A stretch of DNA of 64,000 nucleotides from a virus, in IMG/VR virus record IMGVR_UViG_3300025413_001393, positions 32,001-96,000 of that record; one strand, given 5' to 3'. A program made the position numbers and the translations under genes. Each line of letters begins with the position of its first letter. Within the stretch, counting starts at the first letter, position 1. Below, one piece after another: positions 47,411-56,569 of the stretch. The notes beneath the pieces are model-generated. The model made no database searches. It was not told the origin of the DNA and saw nothing but the letters and a program-made list of their open reading frames with translations.

Positions 47411-48247
47411 TTATGGTTTAATAGTTTTAAGAAATTTTATTACTTGCTCTTGAGGTACGTTTATCGTATTGCTTGGATAACAACCATTTTTACGTTTATA
47501 CAATTCTGCATTAGTTTGCACGTTTTGTAACCATTCAGTTGTATTTTTTGATGTTGTACTATTTTGAATGGCATCTTTCTGCGATGAAATATAATTTATA
47601 CTATTATCAATGTCAGCAAACCACCAAAACGGAGGATGATAACCAGCTTTAATAATTCTGTTAGTATGATCTACGTGTTCCCAAGCATTTTTATAATCCT
47701 CGTCGATAAATCCAACCTTATCCAACACTTCTTTAGTAAAAAACGAAAACATACCTGTTATATGCGTATATAAAGCTATTTTGCAATCGTTGTAATCAAA
47801 AATTATTCTTGGATTAGGTTTTGAATTTTCTTTTAATTCGTGTCTGTTATGCAAATCAAAATTTTGAATTGTTTGCTTTCGGTTAAAAGGAGAACCAGGT
47901 CCAAAGTTAAAATGTTGAATACCAGTCTTTTTGCTTACATTGATATACTGTTTAAAAACCGTTTGGTCGAGAATGATCATATCATCTTCAATCAAAAATA
48001 TATAATCACAATCTTGTTCTAACAAATATTTTAATGCTTCATTCTTTGCTTTACCAACTCCAATTTTTCCTGTTGTATGCTTAATAAAATCTACATTAGG
48101 ATGAGTGTGAATTGTTTTTTTAAAACCGTCATCCACTACAACAATTTTATCAATAACTGCAATATTTTTGTCAATGGAGTCTAATAAAGTATTAAGATAA
48201 TCTTCTCGTTCGCACGTAATAATGCCTATACCAATTTTATTATTCAT
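47411..48247 (-). CDS. GT2 glycosyltransferase
   Basis: IVVVDDG, GV..AKN, FLIEDD, VGFIDE, EH.D. Confidence 0.85.
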   Translation of the reverse strand: MNNKIGIGIITCEREDYLNTLLDSIDKNIAVIDKIVVVDDGFKKTIHTHPNVDFIKHTTGKIGVGKAKNEALKYLLEQDCDYIFLIEDDMIILDQTVFKQYINVSKKTGIQHFNFGPGSPFNRKQTIQNFDLHNRHELKENSKPNPRIIFDYNDCKIALYTHITGMFSFFTKEVLDKVGFIDEDYKNAWEHVDHTNRIIKAGYHPPFWWFADIDNSINYISSQKDAIQNSTTSKNTTEWLQNVQTNAELYKRKNGCYPSNTINVPQEQVIKFLKTIKP

Positions 48248-49304
48248 GAGACGTAATGCTTACTTTATATAATTCTAGACACTTATCAAGAACTTCCTTT
48301 TTAGTAGCTCTGGTTTCAACGTGTTCTACAAATTCGTGAAAAGCTGTTTCAATATCAATAGAAAGCTTTTTAACTTCTTTTGTATCAGCTTGTGCATCAT
48401 CTAAAATATTAAATTCAGTTCTAAACTGTAAAGGATTATATTGCGCTAGTTTAGTTGCTAACAAATCTAATGTAAGCGTATCAATTTTTGTATCTACATA
48501 CAAACTAACAATGTTGTTATTAACAATAGATGGAAGATCAGAATATTTCTTAGCTAACAATTCTGATATTTTAATTCTAAAATGTTTTGGAGTTACATTG
48601 TTTTCAATAAACTCTATAGAAAGATCGTCAAAATTAATGATTGATACTCCTTTTTGCTGACCTCTGTCTCCAAAATCCATTTCATAAGGAGAACCAAGAT
48701 AAAGAATATAACTTTTGTTTTCGTATTCTCTAAAATCTCTCATATGAAAATGACCTGTAACAACAGCTTTTGCTTTTTCAAGTAAATCTTCAGATGTTTC
48801 ACCATGATCACAAATTTTGTTAGCAGTCATATGAAAGTTAGCAATTTCAAAATGACCAATTAACATATCTACTGGATCTAATTCTTTTATACTAGTTTTC
48901 CAAGGACAAAATACAATTTTCTTATCGTTTATTTCGAGTGTTGTCTGCTCAACAAACACATGAACATTTTTATTAGCTAATATCTCTACAGAATTAACTT
49001 CAACAGTAGAAGAAAGAAATGCATCGTGATTGCCGGGTATCAGATAAACATTGTATTCAGAAAGCTTGTTAAAAAATTGCTTTGCAATGTGTAATGTGTT
49101 GACACCAATTTCGTGTCTGTTATGAAACACATCCCCAGCAAAAAAGATCGTATCTAGTTTTTGCTCAACCATTACTCCTTTAATCCAATCAGCTAAATTA
49201 AGAGCAATATTATGCCACGTTTGAGAGTCTTGATGAACTCCCAAATGCAAATCAGAAAAAAATAAAACTTTATTCTGTTTAGGATTAATCTTCAAAGTGT
49301 CCAT
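48240..49304 (-). CDS. gp47: Mre11/SbcD-like nuclease (probable start 49304)
   Basis: SDLHLG, GDVFH, GNHD, GHF..., GHFH, YLGSP. Confidence 0.95.
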   Translation of the reverse strand: MDTLKINPKQNKVLFFSDLHLGVHQDSQTWHNIALNLADWIKGVMVEQKLDTIFFAGDVFHNRHEIGVNTLHIAKQFFNKLSEYNVYLIPGNHDAFLSSTVEVNSVEILANKNVHVFVEQTTLEINDKKIVFCPWKTSIKELDPVDMLIGHFEIANFHMTANKICDHGETSEDLLEKAKAVVTGHFHMRDFREYENKSYILYLGSPYEMDFGDRGQQKGVSIINFDDLSIEFIENNVTPKHFRIKISELLAKKYSDLPSIVNNNIVSLYVDTKIDTLTLDLLATKLAQYNPLQFRTEFNILDDAQADTKEVKKLSIDIETAFHEFVEHVETRATKKEVLDKCLELYKVSITSHE

Positions 49305-49773
49305 TAGCTGTATAATCGTCAGATGATTCGTGATGAGTATTTTTTCTTGAAGGGAGTTCACCACTGCATATATGATTCTCGTATACTTCGTCTTGATATC
49401 TCTTTAAAGTTTCGAAATCTTTCTTGTGCTTCTTAATACAATTTTGAAATGCGTGATATGCAACTTTAGTAAAATACGAAAAAGGATTATAACCAACACC
49501 ACACTTGTATCTCTTTCTTCTTAGAGCTGTCATCATCTTAACAATTGCATCTCCTTGCATTTCAGTTTTGAAACTATAGCTATAAAAATTTCGAGCTAAT
49601 CCTAATCTAGTTGCAATCATTTGAATCATTGCAGCAAGCTTTTCTGAAATCTCTTCTCCATCATAATAAGTTACAATTAACGCCTCCATTTCAATAGGAT
49701 CGATATAGACGTCCTTTAATTCTTCCTTTGTACGTCTAACTCTTTTTTGAGTTACTGGCTTAGTTGTTGTCAT
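49285..49773 (-). CDS. gp55: Late-transcription sigma factor
   Basis: YID..E, IA..L....NF.SYS...EM.GDA, NPFSYFT.VAY.AF...IKK.KK. Confidence 0.85.
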   Translation of the reverse strand: MTTTKPVTQKRVRRTKEELKDVYIDPIEMEALIVTYYDGEEISEKLAAMIQMIATRLGLARNFYSYSFKTEMQGDAIVKMMTALRRKRYKCGVGYNPFSYFTKVAYHAFQNCIKKHKKDFETLKRYQDEVYENHICSGELPSRKNTHHESSDDYTANGHFED

Positions 49774-49804
49774 ATAAAATTAGTGTTATTATAATGCATG
49801 TTAG

Positions 49805-51253
49805 TTAACATTCAACAAGAGAACTAACTATAATAGGAATGTTTTCGGTTTCGTACAAGCGTTTTCTTTCTTCGTAATGTTTGAACCCGTAATTTAAACT
49901 TGTATCTGCAATATCAAAAATTGTAGCCATTTCTTTTGTATGATGAAGACGAAGACTTCTACCAATTGATTGAATGATCTTAATTCTAGCTTTGCCAATA
50001 GCAGCAAAAACTATATTGTGAAGATTTTTAATTGAAATACCAGTCGAAAATATTTTTGAAATTGCAACACACACAATACCTGAAGTTTGTTCCATAAGTT
50101 GTCTAATTTTTTCTCGTTCTTCGACTTCAACAGAACCTTGAATAAAGTATATTTGTTTGTTAGTGTGTTGTTTTAAAAACTCTGTCAGCACTTCTCCGTG
50201 ATTTATTCTATCTACGAGCACAAGAGTGTTAGTATCCATCTTATTAACTAACTTAGCTATAACACCGTTTCTATATTCGTTAGTTTGAAGCCATGTAGTT
50301 TCTTCTTCATAACCAATTGTAGGAGCAGCCATTGAAGGAGCAGAAAATATAGGAGGATTTTTATATTCTATCTGTAAAGAAACTACTCTAACTTTTGAAA
50401 TATAGTTTTCGTTTCTCAAGTCAATTGATTTAAGTTGATATAAAACATCTCCAAAAATTCTATTAAGCGACCATACATCAAACTGAGCTTCAGGTAAAGA
50501 ACCAGTCAAACCAAAGATATGTTTACATTTAAATTTTTTAACAAGCTTTGAAATTTTTTCAGCTGATGCAAGTTTGTGACACTCATCAACAATGACAACA
50601 TTAAAGCCTTGCAGAACGCTCGTATCAGTTTTCTCTGATAACAATATTTGACTGTTAGCTACAACAATCTTTGTATTTTGATATTCGTGATTACCAGTCC
50701 ATTTTGATATAAGTGAAGGTTCAATACCGTATTCAAGTAGATCACCTGTAGATTGTTGAACGAGTTGTATGTCAGGAACAAGAATTAAGATTCTGTAATT
50801 TGTTCTTTTAAGAACAGTATTAGCCATCATGCCCATTACAAGCGTCTTTCCAGCAGAAGTAGGAAGAACTATAATGCCTCGTCCCTTTTTTAAAGCAATT
50901 TGTACTGCTTCTAACTGATAGTCTCTAGGTGTTAATGAAAGTTGATCAACTTCTTCTGATAGATGAGTCAATTTCTCACTCATGACATTCAGCATTGATT
51001 GAGTGTAGTTAAACTCTAGAGGAGAAACTATAGTACTAATGTACTTATGTAGTGTAGAAAAAAACGGAAAATCATAACAGCCAGCTTGTGTTATAGCGTA
51101 TTTTCTAACTGGAATGTTTCTGCCTGTACGCCTTCTAATAAAAGCTTGAGCCTTATCTTCTGCTGAAAAATGTTCACGAATGACATCAAAGCAATCACCA
51201 GAAAGTTTTGGCTTTCTAGCAACAGTATCAAAATCAAACGTAATTTTACTCAT
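49805..51253 (-). CDS. uvsW: SF2 DNA helicase
   Basis: RDYQ, PTSAGKT, DECH, GLTGS, FSTGI, QSIGR.LR. Confidence 0.95.
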   Translation of the reverse strand: MSKITFDFDTVARKPKLSGDCFDVIREHFSAEDKAQAFIRRRTGRNIPVRKYAITQAGCYDFPFFSTLHKYISTIVSPLEFNYTQSMLNVMSEKLTHLSEEVDQLSLTPRDYQLEAVQIALKKGRGIIVLPTSAGKTLVMGMMANTVLKRTNYRILILVPDIQLVQQSTGDLLEYGIEPSLISKWTGNHEYQNTKIVVANSQILLSEKTDTSVLQGFNVVIVDECHKLASAEKISKLVKKFKCKHIFGLTGSLPEAQFDVWSLNRIFGDVLYQLKSIDLRNENYISKVRVVSLQIEYKNPPIFSAPSMAAPTIGYEEETTWLQTNEYRNGVIAKLVNKMDTNTLVLVDRINHGEVLTEFLKQHTNKQIYFIQGSVEVEEREKIRQLMEQTSGIVCVAISKIFSTGISIKNLHNIVFAAIGKARIKIIQSIGRSLRLHHTKEMATIFDIADTSLNYGFKHYEERKRLYETENIPIIVSSLVEC

Positions 51254-51666
51254 TAAGTTGTTTCGAGTGTTATAATCTTTGTAAGATTGTTCATACCATA
51301 CTGAGCATCTCTAAGATTGCTTTCTACTTTTGTTAGATACTCTACAAGAAGTTCGTTATTAACAATTTCTTCTTCAATTTTTTGAATAACTTCATGAGAA
51401 GAAACTGAGTCTGCAATTGTTTTAGCTGTTAAGCCTACAGGAGATTCATTCTGAATACGTGTTCTGAGTTTTCGCGACGCTTCATCTTTGAGCTTTTTAA
51501 ACTTGTTAATTTCTTGCTTATGAAACATCAAACGGCCTACCCAGTAATGTCTCACGGACGCCAGGGACAGCTGAGAATCTTTAATATTCATCTCATCAAA
51601 CTTTAAAAACTCTTCAATCTTTTGATGGTATTCTGCAAACAAATCTACCGTAGTTTTCTCACTCAT
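51253..51666 (-). CDS. uvsY: Recombination mediator
   Basis: 137-aa helical protein adjacent to uvsW, matching T4 synteny. Confidence 0.7.
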   Translation of the reverse strand: MSEKTTVDLFAEYHQKIEEFLKFDEMNIKDSQLSLASVRHYWVGRLMFHKQEINKFKKLKDEASRKLRTRIQNESPVGLTAKTIADSVSSHEVIQKIEEEIVNNELLVEYLTKVESNLRDAQYGMNNLTKIITLETT

Positions 51667-51701
51667 CTACAACAATATACAGCAAACACAAAAATTTTCT
51701 A

Positions 51702-51717
51702 CAGATAATATTATCTG
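51702..51717. promoter_or_regulatory. Perfect 16-bp palindrome (operator-like) abutting uvsY promoter
   Basis: cagataatattatctg is its own reverse complement. Confidence 0.65.
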
Positions 51718-51719
51718 AA

Positions 51720-51752
51720 GCCTCTTAAGAGCCCTTTAAAAGCCCCTTAAAG
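51720..51752. repeat. Three imperfect 11-bp tandem repeats
   Basis: gcctcttaaga / gccctttaaaa / gccccttaaag. Confidence 0.7.
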
Positions 51753-51783
51753 ATTGTATTAATTCCGGAAATGTAGATCTTTG

Positions 51784-52063
51784 GGAGGGAGGTCCCCCAT
51801 TGCTGGGGAAACCTCCTTCCTTATTGTAATAACTCCGTTTAAAGCGAGTCTCGGTCGGGTTTAACAAACTTCAGATATCTTCTATCAAGCTCTCTCGGTT
51901 GTCCTATAAAAGCAATTTGTTTGAGTGGTCCTGGCATAAGCCAGACAACGGTCGCGCACATGCGCACATCGAGATGTGTTTTTAATTTCTTGATCGCTGA
52001 CTCCTGTTTGTCTATTCCACTACTGGAACCCGCTATAAAGCATTGGCTGGAACTAACAGCGAT
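51784..52063 (-). ncRNA. Candidate structured non-coding RNA (~280 nt)
   Basis: TTGACA(52093-98)-N16-TTTAAT; predicted +1 opens a 7-bp stem; several nested stems; ends in a ~15-bp GC-rich hairpin. Confidence 0.5.
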
Positions 52064-52119
52064 AAAAACTATTAAACTTTCATTCCTAGAATTGTCAACA
52101 AACTTTATTAAATAACAAT

Positions 52120-52356
52120 ATGGATTTTTGTAAGCTCGTTGAACAAGTTTTAAATGAAGAGATGACGTCTGGAGGGGCTGGTTCAGTGTACGGATCTGGA
52201 GTTACAAGTACTGAAACGCCATTTAGTCCAAAAGCAAAGTATGCTGGAGACGACGCTAGAAATGTTCTTGGAGGGGCTTTTCCTGGAGTTTTAACAAGAA
52301 ACGGTTTAACGGGAAAGAAAAGACGTTCCAAAAAGAAGCCTAAGAAGAAAAAGTAA
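52120..52356 (+). CDS. Small late protein with Lys/Arg-rich tail
   Basis: TAAATA-N5-ATG; MDFCKLVEQVLNEE; ends KKRRSKKKPKKKK. Confidence 0.75.
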   Translation: MDFCKLVEQVLNEEMTSGGAGSVYGSGVTSTETPFSPKAKYAGDDARNVLGGAFPGVLTRNGLTGKKRRSKKKPKKKK

Positions 52357-52358
52357 GT

Positions 52359-52793
52359 ATGGACCTTGGTCACTGGCAACTTTCTGAAGGTTTAGATCCT
52401 AAAGAAGACGCATTTGGTTTCATCTATCTTATTACTTGTACGATCAACGATAGAAAATACATCGGAAAGAAACAATGTGTTTCTAAGGTCAAACGTCCTC
52501 CATTAAAAGGAAAGAAGAAATGTCGCAGGTCGACTAAAGAAAGCGATTGGAAGACATATACCGGCTCTTCAAACGAGCTTAACGCTGACATTGCTAGATA
52601 CGGTAAAGATAAATTTAATTTTACAATTTTAGAGTGGTGTGATTCTAAATTTGCATTAGGATATAGGGAGATTAAAAGACAACTTGCCGAAGACGTCATT
52701 TTAAAAGAAGAATACTACAACGGTATCGTGAATTGTCGTCTTGGCAAAAGTCCAAAAAACTTTTTAATAAATGAGCACCAAAACCTTTCCTAA
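52359..52793 (+). CDS. GIY-YIG (Seg-like) endonuclease-domain protein
   Basis: GFIYLIT...KYIGKK...W..Y.GS...F.ILE. Confidence 0.85.
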   Translation: MDLGHWQLSEGLDPKEDAFGFIYLITCTINDRKYIGKKQCVSKVKRPPLKGKKKCRRSTKESDWKTYTGSSNELNADIARYGKDKFNFTILEWCDSKFALGYREIKRQLAEDVILKEEYYNGIVNCRLGKSPKNFLINEHQNLS

Positions 52794-53211
52794 ATCTCGT
52801 GTTTGTGTTATAGACATATACCCTTTTTTTGAACAAGGGCTTAAGAAGGCTATTGAGTTTTCAAACAAAAATGGTATTCATATGAATACGAGTGATGGTA
52901 AAAAAGTTATAATGGGGTTTTGTCTTGAGTATATTGAAAAAGCTTATAACGAAACACAAAGCCAATATCCTAAAGTATTGTGTATGGGTTCAAAAGCTAA
53001 AAATTCAATACTTCAAGCATTTATTGATAAACATTTTAACACTATAATGAAACACGTACCGTATTCATACTGTGGTAATGTATCTATTCAATCGCCAGAT
53101 CTAGAAGCAGCAGCTCAAAATAGTCTTAAGCAAACAAAGCCTGAACGCAATTATACGGCTTTGAAATTAAAAATGGGAATGAAGAAGCTTATAAAAAAGC
53201 CTACTCAGTAG
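52771..53211 (+). CDS. Hypothetical protein
   Basis: 146-aa ORF overlapping the previous stop. Confidence 0.7.
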   Translation: MSTKTFPKSRVCVIDIYPFFEQGLKKAIEFSNKNGIHMNTSDGKKVIMGFCLEYIEKAYNETQSQYPKVLCMGSKAKNSILQAFIDKHFNTIMKHVPYSYCGNVSIQSPDLEAAAQNSLKQTKPERNYTALKLKMGMKKLIKKPTQ

Positions 53212-53884
53212 TTCTGCTCTGTTGTACAGCAACAAACTCGTCCGTATTAATATCAGAAATTAAACTTCCATCTTGTTCTCCGTAAGCCTTGCCACTTTCC
53301 TTTATGTACAGTTTTAGTTGTGGAAGTCTCAAATCCGGAGGACCTAACAATTCGATAACTGCTGGACAATCATCTACTGGGAAAAAAGCTCCAGATTGTT
53401 TTTCGTAAGAAGATACTAACGCTTTAAAGATGTTATCAATTTCTTCTCTAAAGACTGCATCCGTTTCTCTGTTCTCTCTTTCAGTCAAAGGAATTTCGTC
53501 TCTTGCTGGAACATAAAAAATGATATCATAATAATGAAGAGCTGCTCTTGCAATATCTTTTGATTCTTTGAGAAAGTCTGCATCAAATCCTTCTGTGCCA
53601 TATCCTGCATGCCACAAAGAGTATACGATATTATCAACTACGCATCTATCAAACACGATAAACTCATCGTTTGACGCTGAAGCAAGTTGAGCTTCTTCAA
53701 CAAGAGCACTAAGAATGTTCTTTTGAACGTCTGTTGTGCTCTCTTTGTTTACAAGCAAACCCTGTTCATTAATAATATCTCTATATGTTCTCGACGGCCT
53801 TTTATACATAGGCCATTGCTGAATCATTCCCTCAATGAGGGTACTTTTCCCGACAGCTCCTGCTCCACAAAAGGCCACTCTCAT
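53201..53884 (-). CDS. P-loop NTPase/kinase (AAA_28/NadR-like)
   Basis: GAGAVGKST, FDRCVVD, YDIIFY, R.TD..FR..ID. Confidence 0.85.
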   Translation of the reverse strand: MRVAFCGAGAVGKSTLIEGMIQQWPMYKRPSRTYRDIINEQGLLVNKESTTDVQKNILSALVEEAQLASASNDEFIVFDRCVVDNIVYSLWHAGYGTEGFDADFLKESKDIARAALHYYDIIFYVPARDEIPLTERENRETDAVFREEIDNIFKALVSSYEKQSGAFFPVDDCPAVIELLGPPDLRLPQLKLYIKESGKAYGEQDGSLISDINTDEFVAVQQSRTTE

Positions 53885-54960
53885 ATTTTTTCTCCTTTTG
53901 AAATAAATTTTAATAATCCTTGTTGTTCAAGTTTATATATGTCTGTTTTTGTTAACATTTTAAAATTTTTTTCTGTGTACATTTTATATGTTTTATTAAG
54001 TTGTTTGGCTTTTTCTGTCCCAGCCTTTGCTTTATTTATATTGTTTCCAAAATCAATCAACCGCGATGGTTTAATTTCTATTATTTCTGTTTCGGTAATA
54101 AAATCAGGAAAATAGTTTCTTAATTTGCCTTCAGATGTCATATAGGGAATCATATGTATATCTAATTCTCCTGATTCCCATTCAATGTTATTTTGTTCTA
54201 AATAATTTACTATAAAAGATAATTCCATTAAAGATCTAAAAAAACTTCTCTTATAATATCCTTTATATCCTCTGCCAGAAAATTCGGCAGCAGGTTTTCC
54301 AAATTGTGGATTATCTTTTCCAAATCTTTTTTTTCTTATGACGGTTTTATTAGTTTCTTGCCATTTTTTTTGTATTTTTTGAGCTTTTTCTAATCCAAAC
54401 ACTTCAATATTTGACTTACCAGTTCTATTTTTACTCCACTCGTTTAGTTTGGAGTATCTTGAAGGACAGGACATAATTTCTGCTAGTCTGGATTTAATTT
54501 GTTTAGTTTTTTCTACACCATATATTTCCTCGTATGTTTTTCCTTTATTATACAAATTTCTTTTTCGTAAAATATCACTTTTTATGCACGTTAAACATTC
54601 GAATAAATAATTACTATTGTCTTTTAATTTTTTAAGCATATTACGTTTATGACCATAATAATCTACGTCTGTAATACTTGAACACTTTGAGCATTTTGTC
54701 AATACCCGCTGTGTAGTTATTAATCTACCTTGCTTATTTCTTTTTAGTTCAGACTCTATTTCTGGTCCAAAATATTCAACACGAGAAGGTATTTTGCTTT
54801 TACAATCCCTACAAACCCATTTTAAATTTGAATCAATTCTATTACAAATATTATTATAGAGATGTCGTTGAATTGTCAAACACTTATGACATTGTATTTC
54901 AACTTTTTGCCATTTTAATATATTTCCTGAATTATCTTTTTGTAGTTCGGTCAGTATCAT
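53881..54960 (-). mobile_element. Free-standing homing endonuclease (PD-(D/E)xK/TnsA-N-like nuclease, CxxC pairs, NUMOD3-like repeats)
   Basis: FRSLMEL...YFPDF...IIEIKP; four CxxC; KGKTYEEIYG / GKSNIEVFG / GKDNPQFGK repeats. Confidence 0.75.
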
Positions 54961-54969
54961 TAATACTAC

Positions 54970-55002
54970 TTATGCTCCTGCTCCCATAAATGCAATCTTC
55001 AT
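54970..55002 (-). pseudogene. Orphan 5' stub (MKIAFMGAGA*) of the P-loop gene
   Basis: Matches N-terminus MRVAFCGAGA of 53201-53884; has its own TAAATA at 55009-55014. Confidence 0.7.
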
Positions 55003-55036
55003 GAGAGGTATTTACTGGAGATCGAAATTATATCTA

Positions 55037-55795
55037 CTAAACCTTGAGGGCGCGGTCCCAAACCAAGAGATGTAATCTTGGACTAAAGTTGACATGCATA
55101 GCCTTTGCATATTCAGCAACAGCTGGTGCATTAGCAATATGTTCCTGTCTCGATCCACTACAAGGCATGAACCAAATTCTTTGAAGAGGAACATTAATGC
55201 CGTTATAATCATCAACATATTTTCTCCAAATCTCTTCAATGTCTCTGTCAGAAGTAATAACAAACTTAAATCCAGAATTATGTTCAACGTGCCATTTGAG
55301 AACTTCTGGCTTGTATGTCTTTTCTTCAGGATCTCCGTTTGTCGTAAGCTTTGGAGAAGTCGTAAACGTAGCACAAAACTCTGTTACCCAACGCTCGTCT
55401 GGAATAAGAGTTGCATTAGATTCAAAATCAATACGAGGAGTAAATCCATACTTCTGCACAAATGACTCCATAAACTTCAATAAGGCTTTTTGCTGAAGAA
55501 GTGGTTCACCACCAGTAATTTTCAAAATAGCTCTATTACGAAGATGCTCAACGTAATTGTTGTCTTCCATCAATTTGAAAATCTCATCAAATGTCATCTT
55601 GTTCTTAATAGACCATGAAATAAACGAATCACAACCATTTGGAGAATCCTCTGAAGCAAAGCCTATGCAAGTTAAATTGCACATCGAAAGTCTTAGAAAT
55701 ACAGAAGGCTGACCAACATACTCTCCTTCTCCTTCTAACGTATAAAAACAATAATCGTCGCTAATAAACAGCGTTTCTTTAGAGGTATCAATCAT
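55037..55795 (-). CDS. queE: 7-carboxy-7-deazaguanine synthase (radical SAM)
   Basis: FYTLEGEG..VG.PSVF.RL..CNLTC...CDS; TGGEP; SPKL; KFV; PRLH. Confidence 0.93.
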   Translation of the reverse strand: MIDTSKETLFISDDYCFYTLEGEGEYVGQPSVFLRLSMCNLTCIGFASEDSPNGCDSFISWSIKNKMTFDEIFKLMEDNNYVEHLRNRAILKITGGEPLLQQKALLKFMESFVQKYGFTPRIDFESNATLIPDERWVTEFCATFTTSPKLTTNGDPEEKTYKPEVLKWHVEHNSGFKFVITSDRDIEEIWRKYVDDYNGINVPLQRIWFMPCSGSRQEHIANAPAVAEYAKAMHVNFSPRLHLLVWDRALKV

Positions 55796-55801
55796 GGAAA
55801 T

Positions 55802-55829
55802 ACCTTAAACCTTTTTAACATTATGTCAA
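55802..55829 (-). promoter_or_regulatory. Sigma70-type promoter of queE
   Basis: TTGACA-N16-TAAGGT then 6 nt to ATG. Confidence 0.65.
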
Positions 55830-56564
55830 CTATCTGCCTTCGTATTCTTTAAGCTGCGTATAAATTTTTGCTACGTCTTTAAAAAACTTTTGATATTTTT
55901 CGTGAACATCTTTATCGTTTTTATGTTGAACTAAAAAGTTGATAAAGCGTTCATGACTTGAAAAGAAACTAGGAATGTTGATAGCATTTGAACTTCCAGA
56001 CTTTAAGAAAGATTCTAAAAAAGCTAAAAATCTATCTTTAGCAAGTTTCCAAACTTTAGCTGATCTTTCATCAGAAGCTTGGTCTCGTTTATTGCAAACA
56101 TTTACATAATAACGTTCGATTGCATCAAGAAAATTTGATACATAAACAGGATATTCCGTAGGATGTGTATAATGCTCTTTTTGTTTTTCGTCGGAATACG
56201 GTTCGTAGTTTGCTTCGTCTTTATACTGTTGTTTAGCGTGATACACTTCATGTGAAATCATATTAACAATAGTTTCGAGATTGTATAACCCAGTATTATT
56301 ATAAAAAAGAGTTATTGTCTGTTTCTTTTCGTCATACCATCCACTAGTTTTACTTTTCTTAGGAGATAAAATAACTTTAGCTGTCTTTTTGTTGTTATCA
56401 GCCAAGTCTATAAAACTTATATTGCCAATCACTACATCTTTTGATGGAGCTTTATCTCCGTACTTGGCTATATAATGTTCAGCCAAAGCATTAATCTGAT
56501 TCCTTTCGGAATCAGTTAATACATAACGACCTTCTGTAAAAAACTGCTTAAACGATATCATCAA
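55830..56564 (-). CDS. Putative zincin metallopeptidase with capsid-targeting-like N-terminus
   Basis: ISHEVYHAKQ (HExxH) and downstream P.E; MISFKQFFTE; TAAGTA upstream. Confidence 0.7.
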   Translation of the reverse strand: MMISFKQFFTEGRYVLTDSERNQINALAEHYIAKYGDKAPSKDVVIGNISFIDLADNNKKTAKVILSPKKSKTSGWYDEKKQTITLFYNNTGLYNLETIVNMISHEVYHAKQQYKDEANYEPYSDEKQKEHYTHPTEYPVYVSNFLDAIERYYVNVCNKRDQASDERSAKVWKLAKDRFLAFLESFLKSGSSNAINIPSFFSSHERFINFLVQHKNDKDVHEKYQKFFKDVAKIYTQLKEYEGR

Positions 56565-56569
56565 CCTAC

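Noticed and set aside
26484-51253. Inteins in terminase, helicase, UvsX, polymerase or UvsW
   Set aside because: Lengths are normal and no C/S...HN splice motifs or LAGLIDADG blocks were seen.
52359-52793. GIY-YIG gene as a recent mobile insertion
   Set aside because: It is short, lacks DNA-binding repeats and flanking duplication, and sits in a late operon; more likely a resident gene.
53881-55002. Group I intron splitting the P-loop gene
   Set aside because: The endonuclease ORF fills the whole interval, leaving no room for a ribozyme core, and the downstream gene has its own complete N-terminus.
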